DNA of 64,000 nucleotides from Pseudolabrys sp. (GCA_046292265.1 JBKBRE010000021.1:2452-66451); one strand, 5' to 3'; counted from the first letter of the stretch, positions 36,538 to 46,906 are shown. Translations and numbers: made by a program. Notes: generated from the sequence alone by a model not told the origin.

Positions 36538-37626
36538 ATGATCCGCCCTTTTGCTGCTTTGCTGCTGACCTTGCCCGCCATTGCCCTTGCCGGGCCGGCC
36601 GAGGCGCAGTCCACGCGCGCTCCCAGCTATCGCGGCGCCCCGGCGCCGGACGTTGCCGAGCAGCGGTTGCCGCCGCGCGGCGGCTGGATTTTCGACGACG
36701 AGGATGACGTCGCCTATGGGCGGAGCGCCCGCCGGGGCCAGCAGGCCCCCGGTCTGCCCAGCAGCATCCTGCCGCCGGTCAACGAGGCCGATGCCGCGCC
36801 GCTGCCGCCGCCCGGCTTCCTCACGCCCGACGGACGGGCGCCTGCGGGCCTCGGCCACCAGCTCGATTCCCGGCAGCCGCCGCCCGCCGCCGCGCCGCAG
36901 GATCGCGACATCGTGATGCGCCCGCCGGGCGGCATCGGCGCCGCTGCGCCCGCCGCGACCCAGCCGGGCGCGCCGCCGCCGGTTTCCGGCACCGCCGCGC
37001 TGCCGCCGGAAGACCAGCCGGAAGAAGGTCAGCCCAAGGAGTTGCCGGCACACCTCAAGAAGCAGTTGGTCGACTACACGACCAAAGAGCCGGCCGGCAC
37101 CATCGTCGTCGACACCTCGAACACCTACCTCTACCTCGTGCTCGGCGGCGGAAAGGCGATCCGCTACGGCATCGGCGTCGGCCGCGAAGGCTTCACCTGG
37201 ACGGGCGCCGAGCGCGTCAGCCGGATGTCGGAGTGGCCGGACTGGCATCCGCCGGCCGAAATGATCGAGCGCCAGCCCTACCTGCCGCGCTTCATGGCCG
37301 GCGGCCCGGGCAATCCGCTCGGCGCGCGCGCGCTCTACCTCGGCAAGACGCTCTATCGCATCCACGGCACCAACCAGCCCTCCACCATCGGGCAGAACGT
37401 GTCGTCGGGCTGCATCCGCCTGCTGAATGAGGACATCGAAGACCTCTACAGCCGCGTGCAGGTCGGCTCGCGCGTGGTGGTGCTGCCCGGCAAGTCGCCC
37501 GAGCCGGTTTCGGCCAATGCGCCGGCCTCGACCGGCGCCGCGCCCGCGCCGGCGCCCGCAACGGGCACCGCGCCCACGCCCGCGCGCGCATCGATCTCCT
37601 CCTCGCCGCTGCCGGCCGCGCGCTAG
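36538..37626 (+). CDS. L,D-transpeptidase (ErfK/YbiS/YcfS/YnhG) with Pro-rich N-terminal region
   Basis: GTIVVDT, YGIGVGREG, NPLGARALY, YRIHGT, SSGCIRL motifs. Confidence 0.9.
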   Translation: MIRPFAALLLTLPAIALAGPAEAQSTRAPSYRGAPAPDVAEQRLPPRGGWIFDDEDDVAYGRSARRGQQAPGLPSSILPPVNEADAAPLPPPGFLTPDGRAPAGLGHQLDSRQPPPAAAPQDRDIVMRPPGGIGAAAPAATQPGAPPPVSGTAALPPEDQPEEGQPKELPAHLKKQLVDYTTKEPAGTIVVDTSNTYLYLVLGGGKAIRYGIGVGREGFTWTGAERVSRMSEWPDWHPPAEMIERQPYLPRFMAGGPGNPLGARALYLGKTLYRIHGTNQPSTIGQNVSSGCIRLLNEDIEDLYSRVQVGSRVVVLPGKSPEPVSANAPASTGAAPAPAPATGTAPTPARASISSSPLPAAR

Positions 37627-37651
37627 CGCGAAGGTTCCGCGAATGCTAACG

Positions 37652-37680
37652 GGGGCCGTCCTCAACGACGGCCCTTTCGC
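37652..37680 (+). terminator. Intrinsic terminator candidate
   Basis: gggccgtc-ctcaac-gacggccc followed by tttcgc, just after the LDT stop. Confidence 0.45.
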
Positions 37681-39249
37681 TTGCTGAAGCCGCATTATCG
37701 CATCGCCATCGTGGGCGCCGGTCCGACCGGGCTGACGCTCGCCAATCTGCTCGGCGCCTATGGCGTCGAGTGCCTGCTCATCGAGCGCAACGCCGCCACC
37801 GTGCACGAGCCGCGCGCCGTCTCCATCGACGACGAATCTTTGCGCACCATGCAGGCGGCCGGGCTCGCCGCCGAGGTGATGTCCGAGACCGTCGCCGGCT
37901 ACGGCTCGCACTACTATTCGGCGCGCGGGCGCTGCTTCGCCAAGGTGCAGCCGACCGAGCAGCCTTACGGCTTCCCCCGCCGCAACGCCTTCCGTCAGCC
38001 GATCCTCGAGCGGCAGTTGCGCGACGCGCTCGCCCGTTTTCCGCACGTCGCCGCGCTGTTCGAGCACGAGCTACTTTCGTTCACGCAGGACAGCGAGCGC
38101 GTGACGCTGCGCCTGCGCCACGCCGGCGGCGAGCGCGACGTCGCGGCCGATTATCTCGTCGCCTGCGACGGCGCCTCCAGTCCGGTGCGGCGCGTGCTCG
38201 GTATCGCCATGAGCGGCTCGACCTTCCGCGAGCGCTGGCTCATCGTGGACCTGGAGAACTCGCCCGTCGTCTCGCCGCACACCAAGGTGTTCTCCAATCC
38301 GAAGCGACCGTGCATCGCGCTGCCGGGCCCGAACCTGACGCGGCGCTACGAGTTCATGCTGCACCCGCACGAGCGCGACGAGGACATGCTCGCGCCCGAC
38401 ATGGTGCGTCACCTGATGCAGACGCACGAGGCCGCGCCGGAAAGCCGCATCGTGCGCACGGTGGTCTACACCTTCCATGCGCGGCTCGCCGAGCGTTGGC
38501 GCGAGGGCCGCGTGCTGCTGGCCGGCGACGCCGCGCACCTGACGCCGCCGTTCGCCGGCCAGGGCATGAATTCGGGCCTGCGCGATTCCGCCAACCTCGC
38601 CTGGAAACTCGCGGCGGTGACGCAGGGAACGCTCGGGCCGCGCCTGCTCGAGAGCTACGAGCCCGAGCGGCGCGACCACGCCTGGGCCATGATCGAGTTT
38701 GCACTCAACATCGGCCGCGTGCTGGCGCCGAAAAACGCCGCCACCGCCTGGGCGATCGAGCAGGGCTTCCGGCTGCTGTCGCTGTTTCCCAAGGCGCGCG
38801 ATTACGTGGCGCAGATGCGCTTCAAGCCGCCGCCGCGCTTCACGCAAGGCTTCCTGGTGCCGGACGGCCTTGGCGCGCGCCGCACCCCGGTCGGTCGCAT
38901 GTTCCCGCAGCCGCGTGTGCGCGCCGGCGGCCGCGAGCAGATGCTCGACGACGTGCTCGGCCCCGGCTTTGCGCTCATCGTGCGTTCGCCGCGCGCCGCC
39001 GCCCTGGTGCCGCGCTTGCGGCAGGCGCCCTGGCGCGATCTGGGCGCGCGCATCGTGGTGATGGGCGCCGACGCACCCGAGGGCGCGGTGGCGGCCGAGC
39101 CGCTCGCGCCGCTCGGCGGCAGCGTGGCGGCGTTCGACGACCATGTGTTCCTGCTGCGACCCGACCGCTATGTGATGGCGTGCGTGCCGGTGGACGGGCT
39201 GGAGCAGGGCGGCGAGGCGGTGCGGAAGTTGGTGGCAGGGACGTTTTGA
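37681..39249 (+). CDS. FAD-dependent aromatic hydroxylase, MhpA-like
   Basis: VGAGPTG, ACDGASS, LAGDAAH, PPFAGQGMNSG, LLRPDRYV motifs; start codon uncertain. Confidence 0.85.
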   Translation: MLKPHYRIAIVGAGPTGLTLANLLGAYGVECLLIERNAATVHEPRAVSIDDESLRTMQAAGLAAEVMSETVAGYGSHYYSARGRCFAKVQPTEQPYGFPRRNAFRQPILERQLRDALARFPHVAALFEHELLSFTQDSERVTLRLRHAGGERDVAADYLVACDGASSPVRRVLGIAMSGSTFRERWLIVDLENSPVVSPHTKVFSNPKRPCIALPGPNLTRRYEFMLHPHERDEDMLAPDMVRHLMQTHEAAPESRIVRTVVYTFHARLAERWREGRVLLAGDAAHLTPPFAGQGMNSGLRDSANLAWKLAAVTQGTLGPRLLESYEPERRDHAWAMIEFALNIGRVLAPKNAATAWAIEQGFRLLSLFPKARDYVAQMRFKPPPRFTQGFLVPDGLGARRTPVGRMFPQPRVRAGGREQMLDDVLGPGFALIVRSPRAAALVPRLRQAPWRDLGARIVVMGADAPEGAVAAEPLAPLGGSVAAFDDHVFLLRPDRYVMACVPVDGLEQGGEAVRKLVAGTF

Positions 39250-39252
39250 GTC

Positions 39253-39356
39253 GTTATTCCGGGGCGCGAGCGTAGCGAGCGAACCCGGAATCCTTACCCC
39301 GCAGCGCTGCGGCGTATGGATTCCGGGTCCGGCCCTGCGGGCCGTCCCGGAATGAC
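39253..39356. repeat. Palindromic repeat family B, copy 3 (near reverse complement of 17311-17415)
   Basis: Shares arms and core ccatacgccgcagcgctgcgg with copy 1. Confidence 0.88.
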
Positions 39357-39364
39357 GGCAGGAA

Positions 39365-40480
39365 TTACTCCGCCGCCGCGGCGCTCTTGCCGATCGCGGC
39401 GTTGACCCGCGGCATGACCTCCTCGGCCATCAGTTGCATCGAGCGGCGCGACAGCTTCTCGTCCACCCAGTCCATGCCGGCATAGACCAACTCGCCGAAG
39501 TCGCCGATCTCCTCGCGCATCTTGAGGATCGCGTCGACCACCTGGTTGACGGTGCCGTTGATCACGCAGTGGTCCATGACGAAGTCGTGCGTGATCTCCT
39601 CGTCCGGCTGCTCCTTGTGGCTCTTGAACACGTAGAGCCTGTTGCCGCGCTTCATCTTGCCGAGCATCTGCTCGAAGTAGAACCGGTACGGGCTGTTGGC
39701 GTCCTCGCGGCCATAGGCCCGCGCGGTCTTGTCATCGTCGGCCACGAAGATGGTACGCGCCACGCGCCAGTCCTCGACCTTGGCGGTCTCGCCGACCTCG
39801 GCCTTGCCCTTGGCGTAGTTCTGCCAGTGCGACTTCATGTGCTTGGCGAGCAGGAAGTTCGCCGACAGCGGATGGAAGTCGCGCTTGCCCATCAGCACGA
39901 CACCCGGCGAGAACGGCGCCACCACGGTACCGACGATCTCCGGCCGCGGCTTCTGGAACGGCTTCGCCAGGTAGCCGATGCCGAGATCGGGCGTCAGCGT
40001 GCGCCGGGTCGAGACCTTGAAGCGGTTGTTGGGCAGGTCGATGTCGTAGGGCGGATCGCGTTCCCAGATCGCCAGGATGACGTCGATCGCCTCGGCGAAC
40101 ATCTTGTTGCGGTCCTCGTCGAGGATGTCGAGCGCCTCGGCGTCGGACGTGAGCGCGCCGGCGGAAACGCCCATGATGAAGCGACCCTGCGCCAGGTGGT
40201 CGAACATGGCGACGTTGGCCGCCACCACCACCGGATGGATCTGCGACAGGTTGCAGGTGCCGCTGGCGAGCTTGATGTTCTTGGTCGAGTTGATCAGCGT
40301 CGCGTGGAACAGAAGGCTGTTGGTGATCGTCTCGCAGGCATCGGTGAGATGCTCGCCGACGAAGGCGTCGTAGAAGCCGAGCTTGTCGCATAGGATGATC
40401 GCCTCGCGGTCTTCCCGCAGCGTCTCTGCCCAGTTCCGCTGCATCGGGTGCACCGGCATCGTGAAATAGCCCAACCGCAT
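39365..40480 (-). CDS. LLM-class flavin-dependent oxidoreductase
   Basis: LGYFTMP, FVGEH, HPVVVA, DHLAQGRFIMG, LMAEEVMP motifs. Confidence 0.85.
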   Translation of the reverse strand: MRLGYFTMPVHPMQRNWAETLREDREAIILCDKLGFYDAFVGEHLTDACETITNSLLFHATLINSTKNIKLASGTCNLSQIHPVVVAANVAMFDHLAQGRFIMGVSAGALTSDAEALDILDEDRNKMFAEAIDVILAIWERDPPYDIDLPNNRFKVSTRRTLTPDLGIGYLAKPFQKPRPEIVGTVVAPFSPGVVLMGKRDFHPLSANFLLAKHMKSHWQNYAKGKAEVGETAKVEDWRVARTIFVADDDKTARAYGREDANSPYRFYFEQMLGKMKRGNRLYVFKSHKEQPDEEITHDFVMDHCVINGTVNQVVDAILKMREEIGDFGELVYAGMDWVDEKLSRRSMQLMAEEVMPRVNAAIGKSAAAAE

Positions 40481-40664
40481 TCTTGTCTCCGCAACTGGCG
40501 TCTGTTGGCCCGCAAACTATCCGAGCCCGCGCACGGATGCAGCACCCTTTGAGTTGAATATGGGCCTCATGCGGAGGGGCGAGAAAGGTAATAGCGTCGT
40601 CCGCGCGTCGCGATTTTGAGAGGGCGAAATTCCGCGCCGTCGAAGGCCTTTTGGCCGGCCGTGC

Positions 40665-42131
40665 TCAGGCCGCCACGCGGGCGAGAAAACCCTCGACCTC
40701 GCGGCGCAGATCGGCGGCGGCGGCCTCCACCGCCTGCGACGCGCCGAGCACGCTTTCCGCCGACTCGCGGGTGGCGCCGGCGGCGCCGGCCACCTCGTCG
40801 AGCACCGACACCACGAGCTTGGCGCCGTTGGCCGCGCTCGCCACGTTGTGCGAGATCTCGCCGGTCGCCGCGCTCTGCTCCTCGACCGCGGCCGATACGG
40901 TCGTGGCGCACTGATCGATCTCCTGCATGCGGCTCGAGATGCGGCCGATGGCGTCCACCGCGCCGGTGGTCGCCGCCTGCACCGCCATGATCAGGCGGGA
41001 GATGTCCTCGGTCGCTTTCGCGGTCTGCACCGCCAGCGATTTGACCTCGGACGCCACCACCGCGAAGCCCTTGCCGGCTTCGCCGGCGCGCGCCGCCTCG
41101 ATGGTGGCGTTGAGCGCAAGCAAGTTGGTCTGGCCCGCGATGGCGCGGATCAGCTTGATCACGTCGCCGATCTTCTGGGCGGCCTGCGCCAGCGAGACGA
41201 TCTGCTGGTTGGTGCCTTGCGCCTCGCCGACCGCCGCCCGCACGATGTCGGTGGTGAGCGTGAGCTGGCGGCCGATCTCGGCGATCGAACTGCTCAACTC
41301 GTCGGCGGCGACCGCGGCGGTATCGACGTTGACGGATGCCTCGTTGGAGGCGGCGACCGCGCCTTCGGCGCTTCTGGCGGTCTCGCCCGAGCTCGACAGC
41401 AGCGTGCTCGCGGTCGCCCGCATCGCCATCGCGCCTTCGGTCACCGTGCGCAGCAGATCCTCGACGCGCTGGCGGAAGGCGAGAATGGCGCGCTCGATCC
41501 GGCCGCGCCGTTCCTCCTGCTCCTGCATGACGGCGCGCTCGCGCTCCGCGTCGCGCCGCTCGGTGATGTCTTCATGCGTGGCCACCCAGCCGCCTCCCTG
41601 CATCGGCCTGTTGATGATGCAGATGACGCGGCCATCGCCGGAGGTCACCTCCGTCGTGGTGGTTCGACCGTGCGCGATGGCCTCGGCTAGATTCCGGCAG
41701 TAGTCGGCGACGTTCGCCGAGAAGCTGCCGTGCTCGGCGCGGTATTCGAGCAGCCTGGCCAAGGTCGCGCCCGGTTGCACGACGTCGGGCGGCAGCCCGT
41801 ATATCTCGCCATAGCGCTTGTTGCTGACCATAAGACGCTGGTTGCGGTCGAACATGCACAGGCCTTGCGACATGTTGTCGAGAGCGATGCGCATGCGCGT
41901 GGTGTGCCGGCGGATCCTGTACGTGAAGCCGACCCCCACCGCCATCATCGCCAGCGCCGAGGCCGAGATCGACAGGATGGCCGCGTCCGTCGCCGCCGGC
42001 ATGGCGGTCCAGCCGATGCCGGGCAGGAGGTAATAGGACGCAATGAGGCTGACGGCGAAGCAGGCTCCGCCGACCGAAGCCATGACGAGCCGCTCGCGCG
42101 CGGCGATAGAGACGGAATCGTCGTCCGCCAT
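40665..42131 (-). CDS. Methyl-accepting chemotaxis protein with two TMs and a PAS domain
   Basis: [13 protein letters not shown] (PAS), [34 protein letters not shown] (MA hairpin). Confidence 0.9.
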   Translation of the reverse strand: MADDDSVSIAARERLVMASVGGACFAVSLIASYYLLPGIGWTAMPAATDAAILSISASALAMMAVGVGFTYRIRRHTTRMRIALDNMSQGLCMFDRNQRLMVSNKRYGEIYGLPPDVVQPGATLARLLEYRAEHGSFSANVADYCRNLAEAIAHGRTTTTEVTSGDGRVICIINRPMQGGGWVATHEDITERRDAERERAVMQEQEERRGRIERAILAFRQRVEDLLRTVTEGAMAMRATASTLLSSSGETARSAEGAVAASNEASVNVDTAAVAADELSSSIAEIGRQLTLTTDIVRAAVGEAQGTNQQIVSLAQAAQKIGDVIKLIRAIAGQTNLLALNATIEAARAGEAGKGFAVVASEVKSLAVQTAKATEDISRLIMAVQAATTGAVDAIGRISSRMQEIDQCATTVSAAVEEQSAATGEISHNVASAANGAKLVVSVLDEVAGAAGATRESAESVLGASQAVEAAAADLRREVEGFLARVAA

Positions 42132-42202
42132 ATCCCACCCTTATCCGCGGCGACCGTATTCCCTAACCCGTTGTTTTGCAGTTAATTGCGGGGAGCAGTG
42201 GG

Positions 42203-42218
42203 TTAAGCAACCCTTAAA
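42203..42218 (-). promoter_or_regulatory. CtrA-like box TTAA-N7-TTAA
   Basis: Plus strand ttaa-gcaaccc-ttaa at 42203-42217 preceded by g; minus strand reads TTAAGGGTTGCTTAAC; about 70 nt upstream of the MCP start. Confidence 0.6.
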
Positions 42219-42240
42219 AGGACGTCGGGGAGGACGGGGA

Positions 42241-42762
42241 ATGGCAAGGCTGCGGGCGGTCGAGTGCCGCCGTTTCATTGATGCCGTGGTCGAGAAGGCC
42301 GACGCCATGCGCGTGCCCGTCTCGATCGCCGTGGTCGGTCCGGAAGGCCACATCATCGCCGTCGAGCGCATGGACGACGCCGGCTTCATCACGCCGGAGA
42401 CCGCCATCGCCAAGGCCTTCACCGTCGCCGCCTTCCGCTCCATGAGCCCGCGCTTCCCGGACGGGCTGGTCATCCAGCAGTGGTTCAAGGAGCGCAATCC
42501 ACAGCTTCTGGTGAGTCTTGCCGCCCTGACCAACGGGCGCATCGCCGCCTCGGGCGGCGCCGCCCCGGTATTCGTGGGCGATGAGATGGTGGGCGCCTAT
42601 GGGATCAGCGGCGGCACGTCGCAGCAGGACGAAGAGATGGCCATTCATGCGCGGGCTAAAGTAGGCTGGCGCCAGGTGCCCGAACACGACACCACCGATC
42701 CCGAGGTGAAGGAGCACATCAACGCGCTCTACGCCAAGGCCGGCATCACCAATCAGGTTTGA
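42241..42762 (+). CDS. GlcG/HbpS family heme-binding protein
   Basis: VSIAVVG..GH, RMDDA, AIAKAFT, GGAAPV, GISGGTSQQDE motifs. Confidence 0.8.
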   Translation: MARLRAVECRRFIDAVVEKADAMRVPVSIAVVGPEGHIIAVERMDDAGFITPETAIAKAFTVAAFRSMSPRFPDGLVIQQWFKERNPQLLVSLAALTNGRIAASGGAAPVFVGDEMVGAYGISGGTSQQDEEMAIHARAKVGWRQVPEHDTTDPEVKEHINALYAKAGITNQV

Positions 42763-42790
42763 ATGGATCGCCGCAATCGATACCCTCTCG

Positions 42791-42896
42791 CCGTCACCCT
42801 GAGGTGCTCGGCCGAAGGCCGAGCCTCGAAGGGCGACGGCCACGACGGTGCCCGTCATCCTTCGAGGCTCGCTGCGCTCGCACCTCAGGATGACGG
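42791..42896. repeat. Palindromic repeat family A, copy 2
   Basis: ccgtcaccctgaggtgctcggc...cacctcaggatgacgg. Confidence 0.88.
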
Positions 42897-42941
42897 CCGA
42901 GCGTCTGTTCGAGCAAAACTCACTCTCGCCGGAGCCCTGCA

Positions 42942-45281
42942 ATGACCGCATCGATTGCCGCAAAAGCCGATTTCTCCGCCTGGGAAGGCCGCGTCGAGGA
43001 CGATCCGCTGCTGCGCGGCACCGGCCGCTTCGGCGACGACGTCAAGCCGGAAAGCGCGCTCGCCGCCTGGTTCGTGCGGTCGCCGCATGCCTTCGCCAAG
43101 ATCACCCGCATCGACACCGCCGCCGCCAGGAAGGCCAAGGGCGTGGTCGCGGTCTACACCGCGGCCGACCTCGCCGACGCGCACTACCATTCGATCTCCC
43201 ACCCGCATCCCATTCCCGGCCGCGGCGGCCAGATGCCGGCGTCGCCGCACCGCCCGGTGCTCGCGGGCGAGCGGGTGCTGCATGTCGGCGAACCGGTCGC
43301 CATGGTGCTGGCGACGAGCCCGGCGCTGGCGCAGGACGCGGCCGAGAAGATCGAGGTCGACTACGACCCGATGACGCCGGTCACCGACGCGCGTGAGGCG
43401 GTCAAGCCCGGCGCGCCGCAGCTCTGGCCGGAGTCGGCCAACAATGTCGGTTACGACTGGACCGCGCCGGCCGACCCCGACGGCAAGAAGAAGGCGGCGC
43501 TCGACAAGGCCTTCGCCGAGGCCGCGCATGTCGTGCGCGTCGAGCTCGTCAACCAGCGCCTGGTCGTCAACTCGCTCGAGCCGCGCGTCGCCACTGCCAG
43601 CTACGACGACGCCAAGGGGCAGTTCACGCTGCGCTGCCATACGCAGGGCTTCAACAGCGTGCGCATGCAGGTCGCCGGCAGCCTCGGCGTCAAGCCGGAA
43701 GAGGTGCGCATCCTCACCGACGATGTCGGCGGCGGCTTCGGCATGAAGGGCTGGAATTATCCGGAATACATCGCGATGCTGCATGCCGCGCGCGCGCTCA
43801 AGAAGCCGGTGCACTGGGTCTCGAGCCGCACGGAAGCCTTCCTCACGGACAATCAGGGCCGCGACGGGTTCTTCACCGTGGAGCTGGCGCTCAACAAGCG
43901 CGGCCGCTTCCTGGGCTTGCGCGTCGACTGCATCGGCAACATCGGCGCCTATTTCACCGGCGTCGCGCATTTCGTCTTCACGCTGCACATCTCGGGCTGC
44001 CTGCCGACGCTCTACGACATCCCGGTCGCGCAGGTGAACGCGCGCTGCGTCTTCACCAACACGGTGGCGACCGGTCCCTACCGCGGCGCCGGCCGCCCGG
44101 AGGCGAGCTACCTGCTCGAGCGCGTCATCGACGTGGCCGCCGACAAGCTCGGCATCGATCCGGCGGAATTGCGCCGGCGCAACCTGATCGAGCCGTCGCA
44201 GATGCCCTACACCACCTGCTTCGGCAACACCTACGACAGCGGGGACTTCCCCGCGGTGTTCGAGCGCGCGCTCGCGGTCGCCGACTACGCCGGCTTTGCC
44301 GCGCGCAAGAAGGCGGCCCGGCGGAACGGCAAGCTGCGCGGCATCGGGCTCGGCTGCTATCTCGAGATCGCCGGCGCCTTCCCGGAGGAGGCCGCGCGCA
44401 TCACCTTCCCCGGCGGCGCCAAGGTGGACGTCAGCATCGGCGCCGGCGCAACCGGCCAAGGTCACCAGACCGTGTTCGGCAAACTGGTCGCGCGCCGCCT
44501 CGGCGTCGATTTCTCCACCGTGTCGGTCATGACCGGCGATTCCGCGCGCGACGTGCCGGGCTTCGGCGCAGTCGCCTCGCGCTCCGCCATGATGACCGGC
44601 GGCGCCATCGCGCGCACCGCCGACCTCGTGCTGGAGAAGGGCAAGCGCATCGCCGCCATGCTGCTGCAGGCGGAGGAGAGCGAGATCGAAGTGCGCGCCG
44701 GCAAGTTCGCGGTGAGGAACACCGGCCGCGAGGTCTCGCTGTTCGAGGTGGCCGAGCGCGCCGCCGAGCTCAAGCGGCAGGGCGTCATCCAGGAGAGCCT
44801 CGACACCACCGGCAACATCAAGGTGCCGCCGGCGTTCCCCAACGGCTGCCACGTCGCGGAAGTCGAGATCGACCCCGACACCGGCGCGATCGAGATCGTG
44901 AAATACACGGCGGTCGGCGACTGCGGCAACGTGCTCGACGACGTGATCGTCGAGGCGCAGATCCACGGCGGGGTGGCGCAGGGGCTCGGCCAGGCGCTGA
45001 CCGAGAACACGGTCTACGATTCCGCCGGCCAGCTCGTCACCGCCTCGTTCATGGACTACGGCATGCCGCACGCGCACGACATGCCGGACATGACGGTCGA
45101 GCACTTCGCCGTCGCCTGCAAGACCAATCCGCTCGGCACCAAGGGCACGGGCGAGGCCGGCACCACCGCGGCGCCGCCGGCGCTGATCAACGCCGTGCTC
45201 GACGCGCTGCCGGCGGGCGCGCAGCTCGACATGCCGGCGACTCCGCCGCGCGTGTGGGCGGCGTTGCAGAAGGCGAAATAG
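42942..45281 (+). CDS. Xanthine dehydrogenase family Mo-binding large subunit (CoxL form II/CutL-like)
   Basis: VGGGFGMK, PYRGAGRPE, HGGVAQGLGQAL, KGTGEAG motifs. Confidence 0.9.
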   Translation: MTASIAAKADFSAWEGRVEDDPLLRGTGRFGDDVKPESALAAWFVRSPHAFAKITRIDTAAARKAKGVVAVYTAADLADAHYHSISHPHPIPGRGGQMPASPHRPVLAGERVLHVGEPVAMVLATSPALAQDAAEKIEVDYDPMTPVTDAREAVKPGAPQLWPESANNVGYDWTAPADPDGKKKAALDKAFAEAAHVVRVELVNQRLVVNSLEPRVATASYDDAKGQFTLRCHTQGFNSVRMQVAGSLGVKPEEVRILTDDVGGGFGMKGWNYPEYIAMLHAARALKKPVHWVSSRTEAFLTDNQGRDGFFTVELALNKRGRFLGLRVDCIGNIGAYFTGVAHFVFTLHISGCLPTLYDIPVAQVNARCVFTNTVATGPYRGAGRPEASYLLERVIDVAADKLGIDPAELRRRNLIEPSQMPYTTCFGNTYDSGDFPAVFERALAVADYAGFAARKKAARRNGKLRGIGLGCYLEIAGAFPEEAARITFPGGAKVDVSIGAGATGQGHQTVFGKLVARRLGVDFSTVSVMTGDSARDVPGFGAVASRSAMMTGGAIARTADLVLEKGKRIAAMLLQAEESEIEVRAGKFAVRNTGREVSLFEVAERAAELKRQGVIQESLDTTGNIKVPPAFPNGCHVAEVEIDPDTGAIEIVKYTAVGDCGNVLDDVIVEAQIHGGVAQGLGQALTENTVYDSAGQLVTASFMDYGMPHAHDMPDMTVEHFAVACKTNPLGTKGTGEAGTTAAPPALINAVLDALPAGAQLDMPATPPRVWAALQKAK

Positions 45282-45295
45282 AAGAGTTCTTCTAC

Positions 45296-45435
45296 ACCTC
45301 TCCCCGCATTGCGGGGAGAGGTCGGCTTTAGAGCGTGAGCTCGAAAGCCGGGTGAGGGGCCGTGCACAGCCCCTCACCCGGCTCGCGCCTAAATCGGCGC
45401 TCGCCACCCTCTCCCCGTCAAGAACGGGGAGAGGG
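45296..45435. repeat. Palindromic repeat family D, copy 1
   Basis: cctctcccc...ggggagagg, gtgagggg/cccctcac, ccctctcccc...ggggagaggg. Confidence 0.85.
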
Positions 45436-45446
45436 AAGCAACGCAT

Positions 45447-46442
45447 TTACTGCCCGACGTCGATCTTCACCGTGCTGGCGATCGTCTGCCACTGCTTCAG
45501 TTCGCCGGCGAGCCAGGTCTGCGCGTCGTCGACCGACTTGCTCGGCACGATGTTGTAGTTCTGCTTCTTGAACTTCGCCTGCGCCTCGGGCGAGTTGACC
45601 GCCTTCGTCACCGCGGCGAACAGCGCCTCGAGCACCGGCTTGGGCGTGCCGGCCGGCGCGAACATGCCGTTCCAGGCGATGGTGCCGACGTCCGGATAGC
45701 CCGCTTCCTTCATGGTCGGGATGTTCGGATAGTCGGCGAGCCGCGTGTGGTTGACCACCGCGAGCGCGCGGAACTTGCCGGCCTGCACGTTGCCCGCGCT
45801 GCTGCCGGTGTTCAGGAACGCCGCCTGCGCGTCGCCGCGCAACAGGTCCTGGATGACGCCCGAGGCGCCGTTCTTGTTCGGCAGCGGCGCGACGTCGAGA
45901 TCGCCCGCCTTCTTCGCGAAGTAGGCGAAGTCGAAATGCGGGTAGGAGCCGTTGCCCACGTGGCCGTAAGTCAGCTTGCCGGGGTTCTTCTTGGCGTAGT
46001 CGACGAGCTCCTTCACGGTCTTCGGCGCGAAGTCGTTGGCCGTGGTGGCGAGCAGGAAGGCCGGCACGTCCACGAGATTGGTCACCGCCACGACGCTCTT
46101 GCCGTAATCGAAGGACAGCTTGCTCTTGTAGAGGATCGGCGTGATCGTGTTGGTCGTCACGTTGCCGACCATCACGGTGTAGCCGTCGGCGGGCGACTTC
46201 ACCAGTTCGTCGACCGCCAGGATGCCGTTGGCGCCCGGCTTGTTGACGACGACCATCGGCTGGCCGGTGATCTTCTGGAATTCGTCGCCGACGATGCGGG
46301 CGGTTATGTCGGTGGCGCCGCCCGGCGCGTAGGGCACCAGCACCTTGATCGGCCGGCTCGGAAACTTCTCCTGTGCCGCCGCAACATGCGCACTCAGCGC
46401 GAGCAGCGCCGCAGACATCAGCATCACGCTCAGACGTTTCAT
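45447..46442 (-). CDS. Bug/TctC tripartite tricarboxylate transporter substrate-binding protein
   Basis: FPSRPIKVLVPYAPGGATD, NKPGANG, DGYT, WNGMFAPAGTP motifs. Confidence 0.9.
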   Translation of the reverse strand: MKRLSVMLMSAALLALSAHVAAAQEKFPSRPIKVLVPYAPGGATDITARIVGDEFQKITGQPMVVVNKPGANGILAVDELVKSPADGYTVMVGNVTTNTITPILYKSKLSFDYGKSVVAVTNLVDVPAFLLATTANDFAPKTVKELVDYAKKNPGKLTYGHVGNGSYPHFDFAYFAKKAGDLDVAPLPNKNGASGVIQDLLRGDAQAAFLNTGSSAGNVQAGKFRALAVVNHTRLADYPNIPTMKEAGYPDVGTIAWNGMFAPAGTPKPVLEALFAAVTKAVNSPEAQAKFKKQNYNIVPSKSVDDAQTWLAGELKQWQTIASTVKIDVGQ

Positions 46443-46507
46443 GCTTTCTCTCCCATGGTGATCGGTTTAGGTCCGGAGCTCTTGCGGCTCCTTGGCTGAT
46501 CGAAAAG

Positions 46508-46906
46508 TCAGGCCTTGATCCCGTGCAGGCTGTGCGAGGCGTCCTTCACGGTAAAGAATACGACGTCCGCTTCCGGCGTCGCTTTGCCGGAATGCAGGAC
46601 ATTCGAAGGGATGTAGATGCAGGAGCCGGGCGGCGCCTCGATCTCGCGCCCGTCGATGGTGGCGCGGAAGGTTCCTTCCAGGATGTAGATCCACTGCTCG
46701 TTGGGATGCGAATGCGGCTCGGCTCCGGTGCCGGCCTTCATGCGCATCAGTCCGACGATCATGCGGTCGCCTTCCACGCAGGGGCCGTGCGCGGTCGAAT
46801 AGGCGGGGCCGCCCATGATCTTCTGCACGGTGCCGAAGTCGAAGAGATATTCGCCCGGACCGGCGCGTTTGGCGCCCGGTGTCCGCGCGGCAGGCGCATT
46901 CGTCAT
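46508..46906 (-). CDS. Cupin domain protein
   Basis: HSHPNEQ and PSNVLH cupin motifs. Confidence 0.82.
   Translation of the reverse strand: MTNAPAARTPGAKRAGPGEYLFDFGTVQKIMGGPAYSTAHGPCVEGDRMIVGLMRMKAGTGAEPHSHPNEQWIYILEGTFRATIDGREIEAPPGSCIYIPSNVLHSGKATPEADVVFFTVKDASHSLHGIKA

Noticed and set aside
42942-45281. True aerobic CO dehydrogenase (form I CoxL)
   Set aside because: Active-site loop is PYRGAGR, not AYxCSFR, and cox accessory genes are absent.
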